Assembly (NCBI GenBank): GCA_965226885.1
Contig: CBDDEL010000017.1
Coordinates: forward strand, 1 to 64,000
Source of the DNA: Opitutales bacterium
GTDB taxonomy: Bacteria > Verrucomicrobiota > Verrucomicrobiia > Opitutales > UBA2987
Length of the DNA: 64,000 nt
Direction of reading: 5' to 3'
Each line of letters opens with the position of its first letter. The stretch's first letter is position 1. The notes beneath the pieces are model-generated. The model saw nothing but the letters and a program-made list of their open reading frames with translations, ran no database searches and was not told the origin of the DNA. The position numbers were made by a program, and so were the translations under genes. This document shows, one piece after another, positions 1-10,670 of the stretch.

Positions 1-80
1 CTAAGCGAAGAGACTATATATGAGCTGAGGTGTCGGGCGGTGGATCTGAAAAGAGAGGGTTGCACTTATGAAGAGGTTTC
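1..80 (+). pseudogene. N-terminal HTH fragment of a probable IS630-like transposase, truncated by IS1
   Basis: Frame 1 reads LSEETIYELRCRAVDLKREGCTYEEVS, resembling the ELRxRAVxLxxxGxxxxE(I/V) HTH start; stops at the IS1 IR. Confidence 0.35.
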
Positions 81-89
81 GGTAGTGTA

Positions 90-557
90 TTAAGTAGGAA
101 TGGTGGCTAATTCTTGATTATATTGATGAATGAAAAGTCTCAGACAGGTTTCATGCATACTCTTAAGCTTGGAAAAGGAGAGGGTTTTGCGTGTGAAACG
201 ACCCAGTCGTTGGCGCAGGGTATTGTTCCATCGTTCCACATGGGCCGTTTCACCGGTTTCTTTTCCCACGGATCGGTTATGAGGAAAGACTTCATCATAA
301 GTGCTCCAAAAGTCGCTGTAGGTGGCACATCTTTTGTAGGCCCGTGGCAGACGCTCGTAAAGTTCCCGGCAACGATACCAATCCCGAGGCCCAATGGCAT
401 AGGAGAGGATTTGACGGGTGCGTCGGCAAAGAGCGATCCAAACCCATTGGGCATCGCTCTTGCGCCCCACAAAAGACCACAGTTCGTCCAGTTCAATGAC
501 ATCATGGCGGCGGGCCGCAAGAATCGTGCTTTTGAGCGGTCGCAGCGATTGTCGTTT
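90..557 (-). CDS. insB: IS1 InsB-like DDE domain, expressed by frameshift from InsA
   Basis: ELDELWSFVG...SDFW...TAHVERWNNTLRQRLGRFTRKTLSFSK motifs; frame open from the A8 run. Confidence 0.85.
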   Translation of the reverse strand, partial: KRQSLRPLKSTILAARRHDVIELDELWSFVGRKSDAQWVWIALCRRTRQILSYAIGPRDWYRCRELYERLPRAYKRCATYSDFWSTYDEVFPHNRSVGKETGETAHVERWNNTLRQRLGRFTRKTLSFSKLKSMHETCLRLFIHQYNQELATIPT

Positions 558-807
558 TTTTTAACCAACTCAAAACGGTGTTGGGACTCACCCCGAAGGC
601 GCGCTGTAAACCGCGTAGACTGCTGCGTTCCTGATAGACTCGAAGGATCATTTCTTTTTGCTCTTCGGTGTATTTCACTGTGGGGTTTTCGCGGCTTTGT
701 TTACCACAATCATGGCAGCGGTAGCGCTGTTTATGGTTGGGCGTCTTGCCAAATTTAATGATATTTTCACTTCCACAGTGCCGACAATTAATAATTTTAG
801 TAACCAT
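502..807 (-). CDS. insA: IS1 InsA-like N-terminal zinc-finger/HTH protein
   Basis: CRHC...QRYRCHDC zinc finger followed by HTH; A8 run at 555-562. Confidence 0.85.
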   Translation of the reverse strand: MVTKIINCRHCGSENIIKFGKTPNHKQRYRCHDCGKQSRENPTVKYTEEQKEMILRVYQERSSLRGLQRAFGVSPNTVLSWLKKTTIAATAQKHDSCGPPP

Positions 808-1090
808 GCACTAAGAATAAACTGCCTAACGCTATTTGTACAGCTAAAAATACAAAATAACATTCTTTTTTTATACACTACCCAAAAACTGAAGCGTATT
901 AAAGCATAGCTTCACGAAAACCGAATTGCTTTCAACTCGCTCTTAACCCGGATATTTCATGAAGGGTAAAGTTTGGCTCGTTATTGCTATTGGAGATGGA
1001 TTTCTTTGTATTTTGAGCAGATCGTTGAAATGGACGGGGAAAACTGGACAGTGGAATAAGGTGGTCTTGAACCACTAAATCCGCTAACCT

Positions 1091-1396
1091 ATGAATGTTA
1101 TTAAATCACGAAAGAGAAGACAATACAGTGCTGAGTTTAAAGCCCGAGTGGCCCTGGAAGCCATCAGGGGCGCTCATACCATCAACGAGATCGCCGGTCG
1201 TTTTGAGGTGCATCCCAACCAGGTGACCCAATGGAAGAAGCAGCTTTTGCAGGGAGCAACGGAGCTGTTTTCGCGCCAGCGGCAGACTCTCAGCAAGGAC
1301 AACGAGACGGAAAAAGATCACCTTTACCAGGAGATTGGAAAGCTGAAAGTAGAATGCGATTGGCTAAAAAAAAAGTCTGAACAATTCGGTTGGTGA
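1091..1396 (+). CDS. IS3 transposase OrfA
   Basis: RRQYSAEFKARVALEA HTH...WLKKKS; A9 run at 1366-1374. Confidence 0.9.
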   Translation: MNVIKSRKRRQYSAEFKARVALEAIRGAHTINEIAGRFEVHPNQVTQWKKQLLQGATELFSRQRQTLSKDNETEKDHLYQEIGKLKVECDWLKKKSEQFGW

Positions 1397-1406
1397 GAGG
1401 CGCAAG

Positions 1407-2297
1407 ATGGTGCAACCACTTCAAGGAAAAATCAGTATCGGCAGGCAATGTCAGTTGCTGGGGCTGGCCCGCGGCAGCTATTACTATCGGGCCCGTGCCC
1501 AGTGCGAGCAGAACGTTCTCTACATGCATCGCATGGATGAGCTCTACACCCAATATCCGTTTTTTGGTTCTCGCCGGATGACCCAGTGGCTGCGTCGAGA
1601 GGGCCATGCAGTGGGACGAGGCCGCATCCAGCGGCTCATGCGCCAAATGGGCCTGGAGGCTATTTATCCGCGTCGAAACTTGAGCCAGGGGCACCGGCAG
1701 CACCGCATTTTCCCTTATCTGCTGCGGGGTTTGGCGGTCGAGCGGCCCGACCAGGTATGGTGCAGCGACATCACTTACCTGCGGCTGAGCCGAGGATTCC
1801 TTTTCTTGACCGTGGTGTTGGACTGGTTCAGCCGCTACGTGTTGAGCTGGCAGCTTTCCAACACCCTGGAGAGCCGCTTCTGTGTGCTCGCCCTGGAGGA
1901 AGCTCTGAGGCGGGCCCAACCTCAAATCTTCAACACCGATCAAGGCAGCCAGTTTACCGGCAGCGAGTTCACCTCGGTGCTGGGGCAAGCCGGGGTGCGC
2001 ATCAGCATGGACGGGCGTGGCCGCTACCTGGACAACATATTTGTTGAACGCTTTTGGAGAACCCTCAAGTATGAAGACATTTACCTGCGCGAATACGCCA
2101 CGGCAAAGGAAGCCAGCGAAGGGATAGCCCGCTACCTGGACTTCTACAACCACCTGCGCCCCCACCAAGCCCTGGGCTACCGGACCCCGGCCCGAAGTCC
2201 ATGCAATCGGAGCAAAACCAACCTCCCCGCCAATACAGCTTGCGGGCACCTGCGTGCCCGTCTTTGGCTAAGGACAAAATATATTTTTAAAAAATAA
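1407..2297 (+). CDS. IS3 transposase OrfB (rve/DDE)
   Basis: VWCSDITY, NTDQGSQF and DNIFVERFWRTLKYE motifs. Confidence 0.9.
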   Translation: MVQPLQGKISIGRQCQLLGLARGSYYYRARAQCEQNVLYMHRMDELYTQYPFFGSRRMTQWLRREGHAVGRGRIQRLMRQMGLEAIYPRRNLSQGHRQHRIFPYLLRGLAVERPDQVWCSDITYLRLSRGFLFLTVVLDWFSRYVLSWQLSNTLESRFCVLALEEALRRAQPQIFNTDQGSQFTGSEFTSVLGQAGVRISMDGRGRYLDNIFVERFWRTLKYEDIYLREYATAKEASEGIARYLDFYNHLRPHQALGYRTPARSPCNRSKTNLPANTACGHLRARLWLRTKYIFKK

Positions 2298-3030
2298 TAT
2301 GAACACGATTTCCACCTTAATCCCACGTCAAAATTGTCCAAACAACCCCGTCCACTTCACGTCTTGATTTTTAGGTGTTTTTCAGGGTGTAGAGACACTG
2401 CCCCCTTTCCCCCATTGGTTCGGTAGTGCCGGGGGCAGCACCAATGCACCCTTTAGGTTGGCACCAATCGGCGGGCCGCATGGTTGAAAAGACTGGCCCA
2501 AGGATAACTCTCACTTAGGTGAAAGTGAATCGTTCGGGTGTTGCGCACGATGACCGCTCCGATCTTGATTAATTTGAGCCGCAGGGTGTGGCATTGGGCC
2601 CGCGGCCACTTCGTCCCTTTTAAGGCTAACCGGCGCATGGCTTCCATCAAGGTGTAGGCCAGCGCCGACAAGAGCAATCGCCACTGATTGGCCCACCATT
2701 GATGGGCGCTGGTGCGCTCGCTGAACAATTGCATCTGTTCCTTGATTCGGTTCTCCATTTCACCGCGGCCACAGTATACCTTGTCGTAAAGCTCCTGGGG
2801 ATCGCCCGGCAGGTTCGTCACCACGAAGCGCGGGTTGGACCCCTGTGCGGTGTGTTCGGCTTTATGGATGACCAACCGCAGCCATCGCCACGAATCGGCA
2901 GCATAGACGAAGTCCTGGAATAACCGTTGTTTTTTACCCCTTAGTTCGAACCATTCTTTGGCCTGCTTTTGCAACTGCTGGGCGTCTTGCTGCAAGCGTG
3001 CATTGCGAGCCATCCCCACGATGTAACTAA

Positions 3031-4597
3031 CCCGGATATTTCGTAAAAAAAGTATCGTTGATATGCTTAACTGCTGATATACAGCAGGATAGATCAATAA
3101 TTAAAGCAATATCAGCGATGACAAAAGGTAAACAATTAAAGCTACAGTTGACAAGGGTAAAAGGCCGCCGTGTGCGGGTTGATTTCAAGGGCGGAGAGGT
3201 TACTTCGGATGCCGGACTGCTTTTGATCCGGGAAGTGGATCGGCAGTTGGGCTTGACCGAACGAGCGGCCCGACAGTTAGTGGACAAACGGCAGAAGGGC
3301 AAAGTACGCCATGAGGTATTGGGGATGCTGCGGCAGCGCGTTTACGGGCTGGTGGCGGGCTATGAGGATTTGAACGACTTTGATACCCTGCGCCACGATC
3401 CATTGTTGCAAACGGTAACGGGGCGCATTGAAACGTTGGCCAGCGCGCCGACTTTGTGTCGTTTTGAAAACGGGCAGGATCGGCGGGCGGCCTTTGCGGT
3501 AAACGAGCTGTTGGTCGAACAGTTCATGGGCTCCTTTGCCGAGGAACCCGAAGAGATCATCCTGGACTTTGACGGCACCGACAATCCGGTGCACGGGCTC
3601 CAGGAGGGACGTTTTTTCCACGGTTATTATGATCATTACTGTTTTCTGCCGCTATATGTTTTTTGCGGTGATCAGCTGCTGGTGGCCTACCTGCGGCCGA
3701 GCAAGATCGATGCCAGCAAGCATGCCGGGGCCATCCTCAAATTGCTGGTTAAACGGATTCGCCAAAGCTGGCCCCGTACGCGGATTATTTGGCGCGCCGA
3801 CAGTGGATTTTGTCGAGACCGGATACTCTCTTGGTGCGACCGCTACGAAGTTAGTTACATCGTGGGGATGGCTCGCAATGCACGCTTGCAGCAAGACGCC
3901 CAGCAGTTGCAAAAGCAGGCCAAAGAATGGTTCGAACTAAGGGGTAAAAAACAACGGTTATTCCAGGACTTCGTCTATGCTGCCGATTCGTGGCGATGGC
4001 TGCGGTTGGTCATCCATAAAGCCGAACACACCGCACAGGGGTCCAACCCGCGCTTCGTGGTGACGAACCTGCCGGGCGATCCCCAGGAGCTTTACGACAA
4101 GGTATACTGTGGCCGCGGTGAAATGGAGAACCGAATCAAGGAACAGATGCAATTGTTCAGCGAGCGCACCAGCGCCCATCAATGGTGGGCCAATCAGTGG
4201 CGATTGCTCTTGTCGGCGCTGGCCTACACCTTGATGGAAGCCATGCGCCGGTTAGCCTTAAAAGGGACGAAGTGGGCGCGGGCCCAATGCCACACCCTGC
4301 GGCTCAAATTAATCAAGATCGGAGCGGTCATCGTGCGCAACACCCGAACGATTCACTTTCACCTAAGTGAGAGTTATCCTTGGGCCAGTCTTTTCAACCA
4401 TGCGGCCCGCCGATTGGTGCCAACCTAAAGGGTGCATTGGTGCTGCCCCCGGCACTACCGAACCAATGGGGGAAAGGGGGCAGTGTCTCTACACCCTGAA
4501 AAACACCTAAAAATCAAGACGATCTGCTCAAAATACAAAGAAATCCATCTCCAATAGCAATAACGAGCCAAACTTTACCCTTCATGAAATATCCGGG
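3031..4597 (+). mobile_element. IS1380-family copy B (intact), inserted in inverted orientation inside copy A
   Basis: IRs CCCGGATATTTC; 4-bp target duplication CTAA (3027-3030, 4598-4601). Confidence 0.93.
3118..4428 (+). CDS. IS1380-family transposase
   Basis: TSDAGLLL, LDFDGTD, RADSGF and YCGRGEMENRIKE motifs. Confidence 0.92.
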   Translation: MTKGKQLKLQLTRVKGRRVRVDFKGGEVTSDAGLLLIREVDRQLGLTERAARQLVDKRQKGKVRHEVLGMLRQRVYGLVAGYEDLNDFDTLRHDPLLQTVTGRIETLASAPTLCRFENGQDRRAAFAVNELLVEQFMGSFAEEPEEIILDFDGTDNPVHGLQEGRFFHGYYDHYCFLPLYVFCGDQLLVAYLRPSKIDASKHAGAILKLLVKRIRQSWPRTRIIWRADSGFCRDRILSWCDRYEVSYIVGMARNARLQQDAQQLQKQAKEWFELRGKKQRLFQDFVYAADSWRWLRLVIHKAEHTAQGSNPRFVVTNLPGDPQELYDKVYCGRGEMENRIKEQMQLFSERTSAHQWWANQWRLLLSALAYTLMEAMRRLALKGTKWARAQCHTLRLKLIKIGAVIVRNTRTIHFHLSESYPWASLFNHAARRLVPT

Positions 4598-5631
4598 CTA
4601 ACTTCGTTGCGGTCGCACCAAGAGAGTATCCGGTCTCGACAAAATCCACTGTCGGCGCGCCAAATAATCCGCGTACGGGGCCAGCTTTGGCGAATCCGTT
4701 TAACCAGCAATTTGAGGATGGCCCCGGCATGCTTGCTGGCATCGATCTTGCTCGGCCGCAGGTAGGCCACCAGCAGCTGATCACCGCAAAAAACATATAG
4801 CGGCAGAAAACAGTAATGATCATAATAACCGTGGAAAAAACGTCCCTCCTGGAGCCCGTGCACCGGATTGTCGGTGGCGTCAAAGTCCAGGATGATCTCT
4901 TCGGGTTCCTCGGCAAAGGAGCCCATGAACTGTTCGACCAACAGCTCGTCTACCGCAAAGGCCGCCCGCCGATCCTGCCCGTTTTCAAAACGACACAAAG
5001 TCGGCGCGCTGGCCAACGTTTCAATGCGCCCCGTTACCGTTTGCAACAATGGATCGTGGCGCAGGGTATCAAAGTCGTTCAAATCCTCATAGCCCGCCAC
5101 CAGCCCGTAAACGCGCTGCCGCCCCCAATACCTCATGGCGTACTTTGCCCTTCTGCCGTTTGTCCACTAACTGTCGGGCCGCTCGTTCGGTCAAGCCCAA
5201 CTGCCGATCCACTTCCCGGATCAAAAGCAGTCCGGCATCCGAAGTAACCTCTCCGCCCTTGAAATCAACCCGCACACGGCGGCCTTTTACCCTTGTCAAC
5301 TGTAGCTTTAATTGTTTACCTTTTGTCATCGCTGATATTGCTTTAATTATTGATCTATCCTGCTGTATATCAGCAGTTAAGCATATCAACGATACTTTTT
5401 TTACGAAATATCCGGGCTAGAAAGAGGCATACCCACAAACAACCTCCTCTCGCGCGATTTAAAGGCCGGGATAAAACCGGTTAAAAGTGAAATTGAACTT
5501 CAACTCAAAAAATCTATCCTCCTGTTTGATGAGATATTGATCGAGGATGGTACCTATATTATTGATACGCTTTTAAATATTAGAAAGTAGCTATTTTCAA
5601 TGATTATGAATGTTCATATGGGAAATTTCGG

Positions 5632-6636
5632 ATGAAAAAACTGAATGAAATAAACTGGGGATTTATTGGGTGTGGTAGTGTATGCGAAAGAAAAAGTGGA
5701 CCTGCATTTAATATGATTCCAGGCTCACGGATAGCAGCAGTCATGCGTCGTACGGGGAGTAAAGCTGAGGATTATGCCCGACGACATGGTATCACAAAAT
5801 GGTATACTGATGCTCAAGCTCTTCTTGACGATCAGGAAATTAATGCAATCTATGTGGCTACCAAACCAGATACACATGCAGAATATACTATTCGGGCAGC
5901 AAAGACCGGTCGGCCAGTTTATGTAGAAAAGCCCATGGCACGTAACGAAAAAGAGTGTGCCGATATGATTGCTGCATGTCAAAATGCCGGGGTACCGCTT
6001 TTTGTTGCCTTTTATCGGCGATGCCTACCGTACTTTCTTAAAGTTAAAGAGCTTGTTGAGTGCGGAAGTATAGGAGAAATATTATCGGTACATATTGAGC
6101 TGTTTTTTTCGAGAATCAAAAAGGATTTTGATAATGGAGCAGATCAAAGTGGGTGGCAGAATCGGTTAATCGAATCGGGAGGAGGAAATTTTTATGACCT
6201 TGCCTCACATCAGTTTGATTTCCTCGATTTTTTATTCGGTGCCGTATCCGATGCGCGAGGACGTACAGGCCCATTGAAAAAACATTATCCTGTTGAGGAT
6301 CTTATATGCGCTGATTACACATTTAAATCGGGTATTATCGGTTCCAGTATGCATTGCTATGTTGCTTCAACAAATACGAACAAAGATCGTATCCATATAT
6401 ATGGCACTAATGGAGAGATCTCATTTTCCGTGTTTAAACCGGATCCGATTGAATTGCTCATTGGCGATACTTCGGAATTATTTGATATCCCATGGCCAGA
6501 TCCGATTCAAAAACCTATTATAGAATCCATTGTGGCTGAGCTGAGTGGCACAGGGACATGCCCCAGTACCGGAGAATCAGCGGCAAGAACCAATGCGGTA
6601 ATAGAAAAGATAATACGTTCTATCGAAACACAGTAG
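5632..6636 (+). CDS. Gfo/Idh/MocA-family oxidoreductase
   Basis: WGFIGCG Rossmann fold, VYVEKPMA, DLASHQFD; visibly AT-richer than the core genes. Confidence 0.88.
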   Translation: MKKLNEINWGFIGCGSVCERKSGPAFNMIPGSRIAAVMRRTGSKAEDYARRHGITKWYTDAQALLDDQEINAIYVATKPDTHAEYTIRAAKTGRPVYVEKPMARNEKECADMIAACQNAGVPLFVAFYRRCLPYFLKVKELVECGSIGEILSVHIELFFSRIKKDFDNGADQSGWQNRLIESGGGNFYDLASHQFDFLDFLFGAVSDARGRTGPLKKHYPVEDLICADYTFKSGIIGSSMHCYVASTNTNKDRIHIYGTNGEISFSVFKPDPIELLIGDTSELFDIPWPDPIQKPIIESIVAELSGTGTCPSTGESAARTNAVIEKIIRSIETQ

Positions 6637-6685
6637 AAAAATTGAAAACGATAAGTATTAATAAATACCTACCCAACGGGAAGGA

Positions 6686-6722
6686 TCTCACTTAATGAGG
6701 TAGCAAAGATGGGGTCCGATCA
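6686..6722 (+). repeat. Solo right end (IRR) of the IS407-like IS3 element
   Basis: 35/37 identical to 8256-8292. Confidence 0.75.
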
Positions 6723-7075
6723 CTTCCGGTGACAGGAAAACTGCTGAGAATGATCTGACCTATCCACCATTAATCTACCCTAGAACAATGACTCCCCTAG
6801 CCCGGATATTTCGTAAAAAAAGTATCGTTGATATGCTTAACTGCTGATATACAGCAGGATAGATCAATAATTAAAGCAATATCAGCGATGACAAAAGGTA
6901 AACAATTAAAGCTACAGTTGACAAGGGTAAAAGGCCGCCGTGTGCGGGTTGATTTCAAGGGCGGAGAGGTTACTTCGGATGCCGGACTGCTTTTGATCCG
7001 GGAAGTGTGATGTGACCGCCGAAAACACTACCATTGCCAGTGAGAGTCTTTCTGGAGAAATTACCGGAAAGACCT

Positions 7076-7342
7076 ATGAAGCAAAAAAGATACACCCCTG
7101 AACAAATCATAACGATACTGCGCGAAGTAGACGCAGGCAAAGGCATTCAGGATGTCTGTCGGTCCCACAATATCAGTCCTCAAAGCTACCATCGTTGGCG
7201 TAAAAAGTATGGCCGCATGGAGCTGCGTGGCGCCAAGCGGCTGAAGGAGCTGGAGCGCGAAAACACGCAGCTTAAGAAGATAGTAGCCGAGCAGATGCTG
7301 GAGAACCGTGTGCTCAAGGAGGTGAACGCAAAAAAATGGTAG
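7076..7342 (+). CDS. IS3 transposase OrfA
   Basis: MKQKRYTPEQIITILRE...RLKELERENTQLKK; A7 slippery site at 7330-7336. Confidence 0.9.
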   Translation: MKQKRYTPEQIITILREVDAGKGIQDVCRSHNISPQSYHRWRKKYGRMELRGAKRLKELERENTQLKKIVAEQMLENRVLKEVNAKKW

Positions 7343-8265
7343 GCCCGAAGCAGAAAAAGGAAGCGGTGAAGCATGTATTGGCCCAAGGGTCGTGCTCGCT
7401 GCGTCGGGCCTGTCAGTATTTTGGGTTGCACCGCTCAACCTACCTGTATGAACCCAAGAAAGCTACTGAGTATAGGCATAAACTGGTGGCACGCATCATT
7501 GCCTTTTCGAAGAAGCATCCGCGCTATGGCTATCGTCGGATCCGCGCTTTGTTGGCCCATGAAGGTTGGCCCGTGAGTCGCAAATTCGTCCAAAAAGTGC
7601 GTCGTTTCGAAGGACTGGGTGTGCGCCCGTCTGGCAAGCGCCGTCGCCGGCAGGGCCAATCCACGGCTACCCCGACCCGAGCAGTGCAGCCCAACCATGT
7701 GTGGAGTTGGGACTTCGTGGCGGATCGCACCGACCGGGGCGGTCCGCTCAGGCTCTTGACACTGATCGATGAACATACCCGTCAATGCCTGGCCATTAAG
7801 GTTGCGCGCTCACTGAAAAGTGCCGATGTGGTAGAGGTATTGAACGATGCCATAAGAGAGAACGGCAAACCTCAGTGCATCCGCTCGGACAACGGATCGG
7901 AGTTTATAGCCCACCAAGTCAAAGAAGAACTGCAGCGACAGGAAATTGCCATCGCATACATTGATCCAGGAAGCCCTTGGCAGAATGGACATATAGAATC
8001 CTTTCATAATCGTTTGCGCGATGAATGCCTTAACCAGGAACTGTTCCTGAGCGTGACCGAAGCGCGTGTGGTGGTCGAACAATGGCGACACAAATACAAC
8101 GCGAAACACCCCCACAGCCGATTAGGCTTTCTCTCCCCAAATACATTTGCCAGACTCTGGCGAACAATCAACAAAGCAGCGGCTGGCTCCATTCGGCCTA
8201 CGGCCTCATTGCGCCACCCGCTGCAAAACCTACAATACCAAACCTACGGAAATACTCTCACTTAA
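7336..8265 (+). CDS. IS3 transposase OrfB (-1 frame)
   Basis: VWSWDF, IRSDNGSEF and PWQNGHIESF motifs. Confidence 0.9.
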   Translation: MVGPKQKKEAVKHVLAQGSCSLRRACQYFGLHRSTYLYEPKKATEYRHKLVARIIAFSKKHPRYGYRRIRALLAHEGWPVSRKFVQKVRRFEGLGVRPSGKRRRRQGQSTATPTRAVQPNHVWSWDFVADRTDRGGPLRLLTLIDEHTRQCLAIKVARSLKSADVVEVLNDAIRENGKPQCIRSDNGSEFIAHQVKEELQRQEIAIAYIDPGSPWQNGHIESFHNRLRDECLNQELFLSVTEARVVVEQWRHKYNAKHPHSRLGFLSPNTFARLWRTINKAAAGSIRPTASLRHPLQNLQYQTYGNTLT

Positions 8266-9664
8266 AGTGGTAGCAAAGATGGGGTCCGATCAAGTGGATC
8301 GGCAGTTGGGCTTGACCGAACGAGCGACCCGACAGTTAGTGGACAAACGGCAGAAGGGCAAAGTACGCCATGAGGTATTGGGGATGCTGCGGCAGCGCGT
8401 TTACGGGCTGGTGGCGGGCTATGAGGATTTGAACGACTTTGATACCCTGCGCCATGATCCATTGTTGCAAACGGTAACGGGGCGCATTGAAACGTTGGCC
8501 AGCGCGCCGACTTTGTGTCGTTTTGAAAACGGGCAGGATCGGCGGGCGGCCTTTGCGGTAAACGAGCTGTTGGTCGAACAGTTCATGGGCTCCTTTGCCG
8601 AGGAACCCGAAGAGATCATCCTGGACTTTGACGCCACCGACAATCCGGTGCACGGGCTCCAGGAGGGACGTTTTTTCCACGGTTATTATGATCATTACTG
8701 TTTTCTGCCGCTATATGTTTTCTGCGGTGATCAGCTGCTGGTGGCCTACCTGCGGCCGAGCAAGATCGATGCCAGCAAGCATGCCGGGGCCATCCTCAAA
8801 TTGCTGGTTAAACGGATTCGCCAAAGCTGGCCCCGTACGCGGATTATTTGGCGCGCCGACAGTGGATTTTGTCGAGACCGGATACTCTCTTGGTGCGACC
8901 GCAACGAAGTTAGTTACATCGTGGGGATGGCTCGCAATGCACGCTTGCAGCAAGACGCCCAGCAGTTGCAAAAGCAGGCCAAAGAATGGTTCGAACTAAG
9001 GGGTAAAAAACAACGGTTATTCCAGGACTTCGTCTATGCTGCCGATTCGTGGCGATGGCTGCGGTTGGTCATCCATAAAGCCGAACACACCGCACAGGGG
9101 TCCAACCCGCGCTTCGTGGTGACGAACCTGCCAGGCGATCCCCAGGAGCTTTACGACAAGGTATACTGTGGCCGCGGTGAAATGGAGAACCGAATCAAGG
9201 AACAGATGCAATTGTTCAGCGAGCGCACCAGCGCCCATCAATGGTGGGCCAATCAGTGGCGATTGCTCTTGTCGGCGCTGGCCTACACCTTGATGGAAGC
9301 CATGCGCCGGTTAGCCTTAAAAGGGACGAAGTGGGCGCGGGCCCAATGCCACACCCTGCGGCTCAAATTAATCAAGATCGGAGCGGTCATCGTGCGCAAC
9401 ACCCGAACGATTCACTTTCACCTAAGTGAGAGTTATCCTTGGGCCAGTCTTTTCAACCATGCGGCCCGCCGATTGGTGCCAACCTAAAGGGTGCATTGGT
9501 GCTGCCCCCGGCACTACCGAACCAATGGGGGAAAGGGGGCAGTGTCTCTACACCCTGAAAAACACCTAAAAATCAAGACGATCTGCTCAAAATACAAAGA
9601 AATCCATCTCCAATAGCAATAACGAGCCAAACTTTACCCTTCATGAAATATCCGGGCTAGAACA

Positions 9665-9729
9665 ATGACTCGGGATTTATATATCGAAAGGGGTTCGGGA
9701 CCGGTGGTGGTGTTTAGTCACGGGTCGAT
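9665..9729 (+). pseudogene. 5' stub of an alpha/beta-hydrolase truncated by IS21
   Basis: Reads MTRDLYIERGSGPVVVFSHGS (GxGxPxVxxHG-like start) up to the IS21 IR. Confidence 0.5.
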
Positions 9730-9902
9730 TGTAAACGCCGGGATGAAACCGGTACGGGGGTCGGGGTAAAACCGGTACGCTTGGAATAAGGTTTAGGTTA
9801 GTAATTGCAGGTACGTCAAGGTTTAGGGTTTGGGAGTTGGTTTTGGGGATTGGCTTGGGGTCGGTGAGGAGGCCGGAGGCCGACGAGCCGGGCCCAAGGC
9901 GT

Positions 9903-10670
9903 TTATTGTTTTGTGCCACGGCGACGGCGTCGAGCATCGCGCAAGCGGTAGCTTTGCCCGTTGGCTTCGAGGATATGCACCCGATGGGTGAGTCGGTCCA
10001 GCAGAGCTCCGGTGAGCCGTTCGGAACCGAGCACTTCGATCCAGTTCTCAAAGGGCAGGTTGGTGGTGACGATGAGACTGGTGCGCTCGTAAGCGCGGCT
10101 GACCACGTCGAAGAGCAGTTCGGAACCGGTCTTGGAAAAAGGGACGTAACCGAGTTCGTCGAGGATGAGTAGGTCGAGCCTTTCGAGTTGCTTCATGAAG
10201 CGCTGCAGGTCGTGGTTGTCGCGTTGCTCGAGCATATGGGTAACCAGGGCGGTGACCCCGAAGAAACGGATCCGCCGGCCCTGGGCACAGGCGGCAAAGC
10301 CCAGGGCGGTGGCCAGGTGCGTTTTACCGGTACCGGCGTTACCGAGGAGCAGCACGTTTTCGCGCTGGTCGACATACTCCCCGCGCATGAGCTCTCGGAT
10401 GAGCGCTTCGTTGATCGAGGGCTGCGCTTCAAAGGCGAAGCTCTCGAGGGTCTTGAGCACGGGGAAACGGGCGTTTTTGATCCGCCGCTGGGCGGCCCGC
10501 TGTTCGCGTTCAATGAGCTCCCGTTCGACCAGATGCAACAAAAAGGCGGCGTAATCGAGCCGGTCCCGGGAACAAGCCGCGGCCACCGCCGGCCATTCGC
10601 GCAGGATGGTGGGCAACTTCAGTTTCTTGAGGTGATGGTGTAACAGCAGCTGGTTTTTTTCTTCCTTCAT
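9903..10670 (-). CDS. istB: IS21 helper ATPase IstB
   Basis: GNAGTGKTHLA Walker A, LLILDELGY, LLDRLTH. Confidence 0.92.
   Translation of the reverse strand: MKEEKNQLLLHHHLKKLKLPTILREWPAVAAACSRDRLDYAAFLLHLVERELIEREQRAAQRRIKNARFPVLKTLESFAFEAQPSINEALIRELMRGEYVDQRENVLLLGNAGTGKTHLATALGFAACAQGRRIRFFGVTALVTHMLEQRDNHDLQRFMKQLERLDLLILDELGYVPFSKTGSELLFDVVSRAYERTSLIVTTNLPFENWIEVLGSERLTGALLDRLTHRVHILEANGQSYRLRDARRRRRGTKQ

Larger units (their letters stand above)
81..882 (-). mobile_element. IS1-family element (~800 bp)
   Basis: Terminal IRs GGTAGTGTAT (81-90) and ATACACTACC (873-882); InsA/InsB-like ORFs; no matching target duplication. Confidence 0.85.
1026..2359 (+). mobile_element. IS3-family element inserted in IS1380 copy A
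   Basis: IRs TGAAATGGACGGGG and CCCCGTCCACTTCA; 3-bp target duplication CGT (1023-1025, 2360-2362). Confidence 0.92.
2453..5329 (-). pseudogene. IS1380 transposase of copy A, split by copy B and frameshifted
   Basis: Fragments 5087-5329, 4598-5136 and 2453-3030 are near-identical to 3118-4428. Confidence 0.88.
947..5416 (-). mobile_element. IS1380-family copy A (reverse), interrupted by an IS3 and by IS1380 copy B; also has a 5-bp deletion near 5122
   Basis: Ends CCCGGATATTTC at 947 and GAAATATCCGGG at 5416; pieces 947-1025, 2360-3030 and 4598-5416 reassemble to the copy B sequence; flanks TTAA / CTAG do not match. Confidence 0.9.
7008..8292 (+). mobile_element. IS3-family element (IS407-like) inserted in IS1380 copy C
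   Basis: Ends TGATGTGACC and GGTCCGATCA; 4-bp target duplication AGTG (7004-7007, 8293-8296). Confidence 0.92.
6801..9656 (+). mobile_element. IS1380-family copy C, interrupted by an IS3
   Basis: IRs as in copy B; target duplication CTAG (6797-6800, 9657-9660); transposase split into 6888-7007 and 8293-9487. Confidence 0.92.

Noticed and set aside
8147..9487. 446-aa apparently intact IS1380 transposase
   Set aside because: The N-terminal ~49 aa derive from the inserted IS3 end; the true start (6888-7007) is separated
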